Source: a virus (lineage: Duplodnaviria > Caudoviricetes). From it: 55,692 nt of DNA. Under the pieces are notes generated by a model. It saw only the letters and a list, made by a program, of their open reading frames with translations. It did no database searches and had not been told where the DNA came from. Where the stretch lies: the IMG/VR virus record IMGVR_UViG_3300029787_000058, positions 1-55,692 of that record. One strand, written 5' to 3'. Below, piece after piece: positions 1 to 8,297 of the stretch (positions within the stretch are counted from its first letter, which is position 1; every line of letters begins with the position of its first letter). Made by a program: the position numbers and the translations under genes.

Positions 1-566
1 ACGAAGGTGCTTTAATATTAAGAGACTCTAGTGGAACTCGATTTGCAGTTACAGTAGACGGAGGTGAATTACAAGTAAATCAATTATAATCATGTCTGTA
101 GGTGCTCCATTAATAAAAAATTGGCAAATAGTTCTTTGGTTTGTAATTGCTGTCTTTACGGCTGGTGGTGTTTTTAGTGAATTTACTTCTTTGAAGTCAG
201 AGTTAACAATGGTTCATGAAAGGTTAGACAATAAAGTAATGGTGATTAATAAACTTGAGGATAGAATTATTTCTATAGAAAAACAATTAGAATATGAGCG
301 TGGCCTCCTTGAGGCTACTATAAAATAAATAAGATGGCAACAACGATAAATTGGGATTGTAAAACAGTAGAGTGTTACTCTAGTATGGGTGGCCACACAG
401 ATGTTATATATCAAGTTCATTGGAGGGTAACTGCAACTTCAGATACACTAGATCCTGATGGAGACGCTTACATGGATTCTTCTATAGGTATTCAGGCTTT
501 GGACACAAGTGACCTTAGCGGGTTCACCGCGTTTTCCAATCTAACACATTCCGACATTATTTCTTG
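1..566. repeat. Terminal overlap, left copy (circular genome), carrying a 245-bp insertion
   Basis: 1-90 is identical to 55372-55461; 334-566 matches 55460-55692 except for 4 substitutions (375, 434, 444, 489). Confidence 0.95.
92..328 (+). CDS. Small membrane protein (N-terminal TM helix + coiled coil), paralog of 39269-39511
   Basis: Hydrophobic WQIVLWFVIAVFTAGGVF followed by a heptad-like tail; 63 of 70 aligned residues identical to 39269-39511. Confidence 0.85.
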   Translation: MSVGAPLIKNWQIVLWFVIAVFTAGGVFSEFTSLKSELTMVHERLDNKVMVINKLEDRIISIEKQLEYERGLLEATIK

Positions 567-678
567 GACACAAGCAGCCCTTGGCTCTAGTCAAGTAACA
601 GCGATAGAAACCGATGTGAAGTCAAAAATAAACGATCAGATAAGTCCATCAAAAAAAACTCTTACGGTAAACAATTAA
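334..678 (+). CDS. Tail-fibre-associated/assembly protein
   Basis: 114-aa ORF with W...VHW and F..LT...I..W pattern typical of small genes after phage fibres; follows the collagen fibre on the circle. Confidence 0.6.
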   Translation: MATTINWDCKTVECYSSMGGHTDVIYQVHWRVTATSDTLDPDGDAYMDSSIGIQALDTSDLSGFTAFSNLTHSDIISWTQAALGSSQVTAIETDVKSKINDQISPSKKTLTVNN

Positions 679-689
679 TTTAAACATTG

Positions 690-697
690 TATATTTG
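690..697 (+). promoter_or_regulatory. Bacteroidota -7 promoter element TATATTTG
   Basis: Exact TAnnTTTG match in the intergenic gap upstream of 741. Confidence 0.7.
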
Positions 698-740
698 AAG
701 CAGTTCAATATAATGCAATGAAAATCAACGCTCTAATTAC

Positions 741-3068
741 ATGAATATAGTATTCCATGTAGGCTACTCAGCCTCACCTTGGAATTGTTATACTCCAGGT
801 CTTGGAGGAACTGAACAGTGCGTAAATAAATTATCAGCGTCTCTAGCCATTAGGGGTCATAAGTTGTTTATAGTAGGACAAGTAGAACCTACAACTATAC
901 TTACAGAACATACGGATGAAATTGCTATACAATATTTACCTCTTGAGAGTTTTGACAAACTTCCTCAAAAGATAGATGTCCTTGTAGGCGTTTCTTATTT
1001 ACATTTTTATAAGCATTACAATTGTGCTCAAATAAATAAGGTTTTATTTTGGCTACATAACGAAGAGCCTTTCTATTGGTTTCAAGGAGAACAAATGACA
1101 CAAGAAGAAATCTTGGAGGGATATGATTTGTGCGACAATATAATTTGTTTAACTGATTGGCACAAGCAAGATTTTACATCCAGGGCTCGTAGGTGTCAGG
1201 ATAAAATAAAAATAATAGGTAATGGTATTTCTTTATCAGACATTCAAAAAGCAGAGTATAAAGTTCCTGGAAGTTATTTGTATTCTTCTCATCCAGAAAG
1301 AGGGTTGGATAAACTTTTAAACGAATGGCCAATAATAAAACGAAAACGAGCATACGCCACACTTGCTATTGCCACTCCAGCCTACGGCTTAGACTACTAT
1401 AATGAAAACTTTTCAGCAAGAGTTAAAAGCCTAGAGCATCAAAATGTAACTTTTTTAGGGTCTCTTTCTACAGAAGAACTTTATAAAAGAATGGGAACTA
1501 CAGAGACTTGGTATTACCCAACAGACTATAAAGAGACATATTGTATTACGGCTCTAGAGATGATGGCTCATGGCGTTATAGTAGACACTAATGAGATTGC
1601 TGGATTAAAAGAAACCATCAACGGTTTCAACAAATCTACGGACTGGGAAAGAATTAATAAATACATTCAGACCAGGGATTGGTCTAATGTCACTAACGAA
1701 TGGTTAAATTTAATAGATAACAAAATGAGCGCAGGACCTATACTTTCAAAAAAACAACCAACAGCGAAAACAAAAACATTAACAGTTCCCGAAGATCGGG
1801 ATGCGGACATGACATATGTAATATGTTTAGATCCTACAGAACAAAAAAAAGAAGACATTACTAAAAGATTTAAAGAGTTTGGTTTTAAATCTGAATTAAC
1901 TATATGGGATGCTTGCAATGGTAAGACCGGTAAGAATATGCCACCCGATTATGGAGTTTTTAAAGACTGGATAATACCTACCTCTTCTCATCGTTTTTAC
2001 AATAGGGAAATAACTCCTGGAGAAATAGGTTGTGCCGCGTCTCATCACGCTGTTTGGAAAGACGCTTCTGTTAATAATTATAAAAAAGTTTTAATACTAG
2101 AGGAGGACTTTTATGTTAAAAGAAAATTTGAAGCCAGCGAATTAAAAACTGATCAGCATTGGACTCTAATGTATTTCGCTTGTAATTTTGTTCAGCCTCC
2201 AAAAGGAGTAAATAAATATTTATGTAAGCCTAGGTATGCTTATAACGCTCATGCGTATATGCTTACCGACGAAGGAGTGCAAAGAATACTTGAACAAAAC
2301 TTTCATAATTATCTTTTCCCAGTTGATGAGTTTTTGCCTGCTACCTTCTGTGATCACCCACGAGGTGATCTAGGTTTTATAACTCAAGACACTATTGCTA
2401 TGGCCGTAAAAAATGATTTCTTAGGTCAGTTAAGCACTCGTGAAACCTCTACAACAGAACCAACACCGATTAACTGTTTAGCAGATTATTCTTACAAAGA
2501 GTTTGTGAATAGGTTTGTTCATGAGGCTGCTAAAACAAAAGAGTGGGATCTAGTAGTAGATGAAAATATACAAGATGTTTTTTCTTATCCGCTGTTCACA
2601 GAAGAGTTTTGTAGTTTGGTAATTGACGAAGCCAATAAATTAGACAAGTGGACAAAAGAGCGACATGACTACTACCCAACAACAGACATACTGTTAGAGT
2701 CAATAGGGCTAGACAAAACTTATTCTAAGGTTCTAAAAGAGTTTGTTTATCCCTGTGCTATTCACAAATGGCAGTTGCACGGTAAGCCTTGGCCTGATCT
2801 GTCTAGTGAAAACTTTATGATTAAGTATCAAGAAGACGTACAAGGTCACTTGTCTTTACATCACGACAGCGGATTAATATCTTGCGTCCTGACATTGAAC
2901 AGAGACTTTGAAGGAGGGGGCACTTGGTTCTGGAGACAGCAAAAAGTTCATAAAGGAAATGTCGGAGAGATATCTATACATCCTGCTAAAATTACTCATC
3001 GCCATGGGGGAAGACCTATATCAAAGGGCGAGAGATATATAATCGTTTCATTCTGTTCTAGACCATGA
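741..3068 (+). CDS. Three-domain GT-B glycosyltransferase / GT25 (COLGALT-like) glycosyltransferase / PLOD-like lysyl hydroxylase (2OG-Fe(II) dioxygenase)
   Basis: GT-B: GLGGTEQ, YSSHPERGL, ETYCITALE. GT25: GEIGCAASH, LILEEDF, AHAYML, PVDEFLP..F..HP. Lysyl hydroxylase: PTTDI, HHD, FEGGGTWF, HP..ITHRHGG, RYIIVSF. Confidence 0.88.
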   Translation: MNIVFHVGYSASPWNCYTPGLGGTEQCVNKLSASLAIRGHKLFIVGQVEPTTILTEHTDEIAIQYLPLESFDKLPQKIDVLVGVSYLHFYKHYNCAQINKVLFWLHNEEPFYWFQGEQMTQEEILEGYDLCDNIICLTDWHKQDFTSRARRCQDKIKIIGNGISLSDIQKAEYKVPGSYLYSSHPERGLDKLLNEWPIIKRKRAYATLAIATPAYGLDYYNENFSARVKSLEHQNVTFLGSLSTEELYKRMGTTETWYYPTDYKETYCITALEMMAHGVIVDTNEIAGLKETINGFNKSTDWERINKYIQTRDWSNVTNEWLNLIDNKMSAGPILSKKQPTAKTKTLTVPEDRDADMTYVICLDPTEQKKEDITKRFKEFGFKSELTIWDACNGKTGKNMPPDYGVFKDWIIPTSSHRFYNREITPGEIGCAASHHAVWKDASVNNYKKVLILEEDFYVKRKFEASELKTDQHWTLMYFACNFVQPPKGVNKYLCKPRYAYNAHAYMLTDEGVQRILEQNFHNYLFPVDEFLPATFCDHPRGDLGFITQDTIAMAVKNDFLGQLSTRETSTTEPTPINCLADYSYKEFVNRFVHEAAKTKEWDLVVDENIQDVFSYPLFTEEFCSLVIDEANKLDKWTKERHDYYPTTDILLESIGLDKTYSKVLKEFVYPCAIHKWQLHGKPWPDLSSENFMIKYQEDVQGHLSLHHDSGLISCVLTLNRDFEGGGTWFWRQQKVHKGNVGEISIHPAKITHRHGGRPISKGERYIIVSFCSRP

Positions 3069-3283
3069 GTACCACACCTAAATATTATATTGGAAAACAT
3101 AAACGCATAGAGGCGTTTGATGTTGTCCTAGACTTTCAAGCAGACAACTATAATCTGGGGACTGCTATTACATACCTACTAAGGGCAGGCAAAAAACCAG
3201 ATAACCCAATTACTCAAGATATTCAAAAAGCCATAGCGCACTTAAAGAAGGAACTGGATCATCAAGAAAAAATCAATAGTTAA
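3065..3283 (+). CDS. DUF3310-like small phage protein
   Basis: P.YY....IEAFD...NLGTAITYLLRAGKK...DIQKA pattern. Confidence 0.7.
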   Translation: MSTTPKYYIGKHKRIEAFDVVLDFQADNYNLGTAITYLLRAGKKPDNPITQDIQKAIAHLKKELDHQEKINS

Positions 3284-3321
3284 ATGTTGTATCTTCGTCA
3301 GATACTTTAAACCTAATAAAA

Positions 3322-3870
3322 ATGAAATACTTCATAGAGATAGGATCAAATAGTTTTAACACCTTAATACCGTTAGCAGAACACGGATGGACAGGTGTAA
3401 TTGTTGAGCCTTTATCACAATACTTAGAAGAGTTACCTGTTCATGATAATGTAACTTATGTTAATTCCGCTATATCTACTCACGACGGCTCATGCGTTAT
3501 GAAGGTATATAATGAAGATCTTTGTGAAAGAGATCCAGACTTTAGAGGAATGTCTACTCTTGAAACTGAGGGGCTTGTAGAACAAAATGCTGACCTGGTT
3601 CATGACGAAGAGGTGGAGTGTATGACCTATCAAACTTTACTAGACACGCATTGCTCTGACTTCCCTCATGTGGACTTTTTAAAAATAGACGCGGAAGGTC
3701 ATGATTTAAAAATACTAGAAACTATAGACTTCCATGGTCCTCTTAGACCCAAAGTCATTAAGGTTGAACACGCTCATTGTAATGACATTAAAATGTCTGC
3801 TTTGTTAGAAGAAGCGGGATACTTTAATATGGTTGACAACACTGATATTTACGCCATATCTTACGAATAA
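3322..3870 (+). CDS. FkbM-family SAM-dependent methyltransferase
   Basis: FIEIGSN, GVIVEP, VNSAIS, DFLKIDAEGHD, IKVEH motifs. Confidence 0.85.
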   Translation: MKYFIEIGSNSFNTLIPLAEHGWTGVIVEPLSQYLEELPVHDNVTYVNSAISTHDGSCVMKVYNEDLCERDPDFRGMSTLETEGLVEQNADLVHDEEVECMTYQTLLDTHCSDFPHVDFLKIDAEGHDLKILETIDFHGPLRPKVIKVEHAHCNDIKMSALLEEAGYFNMVDNTDIYAISYE

Positions 3871-3878
3871 AAAGATAC

Positions 3879-3886
3879 TATCTTTG
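3879..3886 (+). promoter_or_regulatory. -7 promoter TATCTTTG, 4 nt before ATG (probably leaderless)
   Basis: TATCTTTG-ttga-ATG(3891). Confidence 0.65.
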
Positions 3887-3890
3887 TTGA

Positions 3891-4181
3891 ATGCCTGACA
3901 AGCCAAAAAAAGATTATCGATTAACTAAGGTTGGGGTTTCTGCTTTTAATAAACCAAAGAGAACTCCATCCCATCCAAAAAAATCACACGTTGTGGTTGC
4001 AAAGGAAGGTAAGAAAATAAAGATAATTCGTTTTGGTCAGCAAGGAGCAGACACGGTAACAGAGGAAAACCCTAGTCCTTCAAGGAAAAAGAAAAGAGCA
4101 TCATTCAAAGCCAGGCACGCAAAGAATATTGCTAAGGGGAAAATGAGCGCTGCATATTGGGCAAATAAAGTAAAGTGGTAA
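3891..4181 (+). CDS. Small basic putative DNA-binding virion protein
   Basis: Lys/Arg-rich; IRFGQQG, SFKARH and SAAYWA..VKW motifs recurrent in aquatic viruses. Confidence 0.65.
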   Translation: MPDKPKKDYRLTKVGVSAFNKPKRTPSHPKKSHVVVAKEGKKIKIIRFGQQGADTVTEENPSPSRKKKRASFKARHAKNIAKGKMSAAYWANKVKW

Positions 4182-4213
4182 TCTCACCCCCTCAGAATAA
4201 TAATCATAATTCG

Positions 4214-4221
4214 TAAATTTG
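4214..4221 (+). promoter_or_regulatory. -7 promoter TAAATTTG
   Basis: Exact consensus match upstream of 4241. Confidence 0.65.
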
Positions 4222-4240
4222 ATAGATTAAATAAATAACT

Positions 4241-5113
4241 ATGTTACAAGGTTACAACAGTAGAGACGACGAGTCAATGGGAGAAAGAGATTATCTCCGG
4301 GGTATTAAGAAAAAGTTTATGCAAGGTCTTAAATCCAGAAGAGACGAGAGTCGTGGAGAAAATAAAGCAGAAGGAATGCGCCCTAATGATTTTGTCAAGG
4401 CAGAAGCCGGAGCAAAACTAAAGCAGATGTACGGAATGGGAGGAACTATGAAGTATCGCAAGGGTGGCGCTAACCTAGCAATGACTAACAGCGAAGCCGT
4501 AAGAAGCGGACGAGCAGGCAGAGGTGCTGGAGAGCAAGAGTATGGTATGGGTGGAAAGATGGAGTACGAAAAAGGCGGTATGCTAAAGGCTCTACTTGAA
4601 GATCCAAAGCAAAGAGATATGGCAAGAGCCATTCTAAGCGACACCAATACAAAAGCAGTAACTGACGGAAAGGCTGGTCGTTATGAGATGGGCGGTGAGG
4701 TTCCTGTAGTAGAAGAAGAAAAGCAGACTTTCATAATGAGAAGTATGCCAAAGTCCACTGAAGACTATCCGGCTGAAATATACAATGCTTCAATGCCTAT
4801 CCTAAAAGATATGCTTAGAGGGTCAAAACTTGCACCTGAAGATGAGCAGATGGTTGCAGAGTACATTGTAGGAACAGAGGATATTGGTTCTGTAAATCCT
4901 AGATTAAGAGATATGGCAAGAGCCGCTAGACAAAGAGGTATGGACTACCTAAGATCAGAAGCCGGTGGTGAATTTATTATGGACAAGTACTTTGACCAAA
5001 AAACTGGAGAAGAAGTATCTGAAGATTTTATTATGGGTCTTCAAGAAAAAGGCGAAAGTTTTAGACCACTTAGCGACACAGGTGAAGGTAGATATGTTTA
5101 TGAAATAAGATAA
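4241..5113 (+). CDS. Hypothetical virion-internal protein with five YxxGG repeats
   Basis: YGMGG x2, YRKGG, YEKGG, YEMGG. Confidence 0.6.
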   Translation: MLQGYNSRDDESMGERDYLRGIKKKFMQGLKSRRDESRGENKAEGMRPNDFVKAEAGAKLKQMYGMGGTMKYRKGGANLAMTNSEAVRSGRAGRGAGEQEYGMGGKMEYEKGGMLKALLEDPKQRDMARAILSDTNTKAVTDGKAGRYEMGGEVPVVEEEKQTFIMRSMPKSTEDYPAEIYNASMPILKDMLRGSKLAPEDEQMVAEYIVGTEDIGSVNPRLRDMARAARQRGMDYLRSEAGGEFIMDKYFDQKTGEEVSEDFIMGLQEKGESFRPLSDTGEGRYVYEIR

Positions 5114-5133
5114 CTTATATATTTATATAAGAA

Positions 5134-5166
5134 TAAAAAAAGGGGGCTTATGGCCCCCTCTTTTAT
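5134..5166. terminator. Bidirectional intrinsic terminator
   Basis: A-tract, AGGGGGC-ttatg-GCCCCCT stem and T-tract between convergent genes. Confidence 0.85.
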
Positions 5167-5183
5167 TATCTGTGTTTAGGAAT

Positions 5184-5588
5184 TTATTGTAACACTCCAT
5201 TGACAACTTTACGTGTAGGCTTGTTTAACCTAACACCTGTTGATCCTGAAGCAAAATAACCAGGAGCCTTACTTCCCTCCTTATTCTCCCAGTAGTTAAC
5301 GTAGTGATCATCTTCAAAGTAGAAGGTGTATCCGTTTGTTACTGTAGGAAAGATGTCAGCATTTTTGATATAAGACTCTGCTTGATTCATTAATACTCCA
5401 AGCAATTCTTGGGCTTTATACTTAGACGCAATATCAAAGTGTCGGCTGCCATTATTACCTAAAGGATATAGTGTGTGTTGTATGCCACATTCGATTAAGG
5501 GCCACATGGACTCTCTTGCTTGTGGTTGATCTTGTGCTTGTACTCCCAAAGAGAGAGCAACGACGAACGATAAAAATAGATGTTTCAT
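5184..5588 (-). CDS. Exported protein with signal peptide (lone antisense gene)
   Basis: Probable start at 5588, MKHLFLSFVVALSLGVQA|Q (SPase I-like site); early-type leader AAACCAAATCTT. Confidence 0.7.
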   Translation of the reverse strand: MKHLFLSFVVALSLGVQAQDQPQARESMWPLIECGIQHTLYPLGNNGSRHFDIASKYKAQELLGVLMNQAESYIKNADIFPTVTNGYTFYFEDDHYVNYWENKEGSKAPGYFASGSTGVRLNKPTRKVVNGVLQ

Positions 5589-5634
5589 TTTATTAAGATT
5601 TGGTTTCACTGCTGTAAACCTAAGCATAATTATT

Positions 5635-5642
5635 TAGATTTG
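5635..5642 (+). promoter_or_regulatory. -7 promoter TAGATTTG for head operon
   Basis: Consensus match upstream of 5670. Confidence 0.65.
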
Positions 5643-5669
5643 CAAGAACAACTATAAAATTTAATTGAT

Positions 5670-6812
5670 ATGAGTACTGAAAGCAACATGGAACAGGCAG
5701 TTAAAGATGCAGGTTTCGAGATAATGAGTGGCCCACCTTCATCAACGGAGCAGGCCCAGACTACAGAAACTCCAGCACCTCAAACGGAAGGAGTTCCTGA
5801 AAACAATACACCGACTGAACCCGCAGTTCAACAAACAGCGGAACCAGTTGAGCAAGCACAACAGGAACCCGCGCCTGTACAAGAGCAAGTGGCACAAGAG
5901 TCACAACCTCAAGTAGAAAGCGGAAGTTCTATGACAACCGAACAATCTGCTACTAAGTTAGATTTTCTAGATAGCCTGGAAACTTCCGAAACGGAAACTC
6001 CCGCTGTTGAAGAGTCTGATGATGTTGCAGAGTTAGCGTCAACTCTAGATCCTAGAATCAAAGTCATTGCTGATTTTGTTGAGAAGACAGGAAGAAACCC
6101 AGAAGATTGGTTTCGTTATCAGTCCTTAGAGCCATCCGAAATGGATGACAGTACTGTAATGCGAGTCCACCTTGCGAGTGAATATCCTTCTTTAGGTAAC
6201 GATGAAATTGATACATTAATCAATTCAAAGTACAAGACAGATGAATCATTGCACAACGATGAAGAGGTGAAGATTGCAAAATTACAATTGAAGATTGACG
6301 CGCAAAAGGCTAGGCAGGCGATTGACACACTCCGTAGTGAGTATGTTGCACCGGCTGTTGAACCGAATAATGATGTGAGTGAAGATGGGTCTAATCCATT
6401 TGATACGTCATGGCTACAAGAAAGCGGACGCTCGCTGGCAGGTTTAGATAAGATATCTTTTGATTTGCCAGGTGGAAAAGAGTTTCACTTTGGTGTGGCG
6501 GAAACGTATCGTAATGAGTTAAACAAATCGAATACGAACATGAATGAGTACTTTGATAAGTACGTAGGTGATGATGGGTCTTGGGATCACGATCTCTGGA
6601 ATATGCACAGGACGGTTACAGATAACCTTCCAAATATTATAGAGAATGTGTATCGACAAGGCATGAGTGACGGTCAAAGAGGCATAGTCGAAAAGGCAGC
6701 CAACATAGATCCAAACGCACCAGCAGCACCTGTACAACGTCAAGACAACTCAGTTGCTAACCAAGTGCTTGACGCATTAGGAAGGCGGCAACCATTTTTG
6801 AAAAATATGTAA
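5670..6812 (+). CDS. Putative capsid scaffolding protein
   Basis: Acidic, E/Q/P-rich disordered N-terminus; immediately precedes the major capsid gene. Confidence 0.6.
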   Translation: MSTESNMEQAVKDAGFEIMSGPPSSTEQAQTTETPAPQTEGVPENNTPTEPAVQQTAEPVEQAQQEPAPVQEQVAQESQPQVESGSSMTTEQSATKLDFLDSLETSETETPAVEESDDVAELASTLDPRIKVIADFVEKTGRNPEDWFRYQSLEPSEMDDSTVMRVHLASEYPSLGNDEIDTLINSKYKTDESLHNDEEVKIAKLQLKIDAQKARQAIDTLRSEYVAPAVEPNNDVSEDGSNPFDTSWLQESGRSLAGLDKISFDLPGGKEFHFGVAETYRNELNKSNTNMNEYFDKYVGDDGSWDHDLWNMHRTVTDNLPNIIENVYRQGMSDGQRGIVEKAANIDPNAPAAPVQRQDNSVANQVLDALGRRQPFLKNM

Positions 6813-6831
6813 ACATTTAAAATAAAAAACA

Positions 6832-8220
6832 ATGGCATTAACATCAAGCCCTCCAACGTATAATGATAGCAAGCCTGCTGTCTTTAGACAACTGGATCCA
6901 GCGAAATACTCTTCTTTAGGAGATTTCATTGACGAAATCAACGCTCCCGATAACAGGGATCAGTTGGTTAAAACTTATGGCTACCAACAAATTTCTGGTG
7001 GCTTAACAGGATTTTTATCCTTAACCGGTGCTATTAGAGCATCCGGAACAGCGGACGAAGTTCAGTACTGGGAAGAGACTAGATTGCATTCAACTGCAAA
7101 CGTATCTCCAACAGCAACTGCTGCAATCGGAGCAACATCTGTAACTGCTACTAAAGCAACAGGAGTCGCTTCAGTTCTTCGTTTGAATGACGTAGTTCTT
7201 GTACAAGGTGAAGATCGTTTCATCGTTGCTGCTATTTCCCCAACAGGAGAGATTGCTTCAACAGCGACAGCAACTTACACGTTTGAATCACTAGCAACTT
7301 CAGGACTTACTGCTACAGGAAGCACTGCTGCTGTTGACATTCCTATTATTGGTAACTTGTTTGGACAAGGAACTGATCAAAACAAAGGTTACTTAGAGAG
7401 TAACGTAATCAAGCGTACTAACCCTTATAATATTATCAAGGAGGTATTCAAGGTTACAGGATCTCAAGCAACTAATATTGGATGGATCAACGTAGGTAAC
7501 GGAGATTACAGATGGTATGTTAAAGGAGAGATGGACACTCGTGCTCGTTTCTTAGACAAGCGTGAAATGATGATGCTTCTCGGTGAGAAGATCGGAAACG
7601 CTGCCAACCTAAATGCAAATGTTTCTACTATCACAGGTGGTGAAGGTTACTTCTCTGCTATTGAGAATAGAGGTATTGTTAATGACGGACAGATAGACAA
7701 CTTTACTGAGATGGATCTTCTTATTGCAGAACTTGACAAGCAAGGCGCTGCTCCTGAGTACGCTATGTATGTTAACACTGCTCAAGGATTAGCCATTGAT
7801 GATATGGTTGCCTCATTGAACGGTGCAGCAGGTTTCGCTAATACTACTAATGGCCTTAGTGCATTTGGTGGACGTGGAAACGAACTCGGTTTTGATTCGT
7901 TTAAGCGTGGAGGATATACTTTCCACAAACACGCTTGGAAACTTCTTAACGACCCAACTTTGTTAGGTCTTAGCGATTCTAAGTACAAAGGTGCTATGAT
8001 TCCTTTGACTACAGTTGTTGATCCAAAGACTGGTGATCGTGCCGCTGCTTTGGAACTTAACTACAAGGATACAAACGGATACAGCCGTGAGATGGAGCAC
8101 TGGATGACTGGTTCTATTTTAGGTGTCAATAACACAAATACTGACGACCTTCAATTTAACTATCGTTCTGAGTGTACTCTAGTTACTCGTGCTGCTAACC
8201 AGCATATCTTAATCAAGTAA
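6832..8220 (+). CDS. Major capsid protein
   Basis: 462 aa; YWEE.RLH, WINV...YRWY.KGE.DTR.RF, LGFDSFKRGGYTFHK and YRSE..L....AN typical of Bacteroidota podovirus capsids; strongly biased codons; followed by a hairpin. Confidence 0.8.
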   Translation: MALTSSPPTYNDSKPAVFRQLDPAKYSSLGDFIDEINAPDNRDQLVKTYGYQQISGGLTGFLSLTGAIRASGTADEVQYWEETRLHSTANVSPTATAAIGATSVTATKATGVASVLRLNDVVLVQGEDRFIVAAISPTGEIASTATATYTFESLATSGLTATGSTAAVDIPIIGNLFGQGTDQNKGYLESNVIKRTNPYNIIKEVFKVTGSQATNIGWINVGNGDYRWYVKGEMDTRARFLDKREMMMLLGEKIGNAANLNANVSTITGGEGYFSAIENRGIVNDGQIDNFTEMDLLIAELDKQGAAPEYAMYVNTAQGLAIDDMVASLNGAAGFANTTNGLSAFGGRGNELGFDSFKRGGYTFHKHAWKLLNDPTLLGLSDSKYKGAMIPLTTVVDPKTGDRAAALELNYKDTNGYSREMEHWMTGSILGVNNTNTDDLQFNYRSECTLVTRAANQHILIK

Positions 8221-8236
8221 TCACTTTAGATTCTTA

Positions 8237-8271
8237 GGGAACGGAGGGGGTTTTGCCCCCTCCTCACTCCC
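8237..8271 (+). terminator. Hairpin after capsid gene (terminator or mRNA stabiliser)
   Basis: GGAGGGGG-ttttg-CCCCCTCC with outer GGGA/TCCC; U-tract is displaced. Confidence 0.6.
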
Positions 8272-8297
8272 AAATAACTTTTTAATTATATTAAATT

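Noticed and set aside
1-566. Terminal repeat as a true virion direct terminal repeat
   Set aside because: It begins and ends mid-gene and the copies differ by SNPs and an insertion; better explained as assembly overlap of a circular map.
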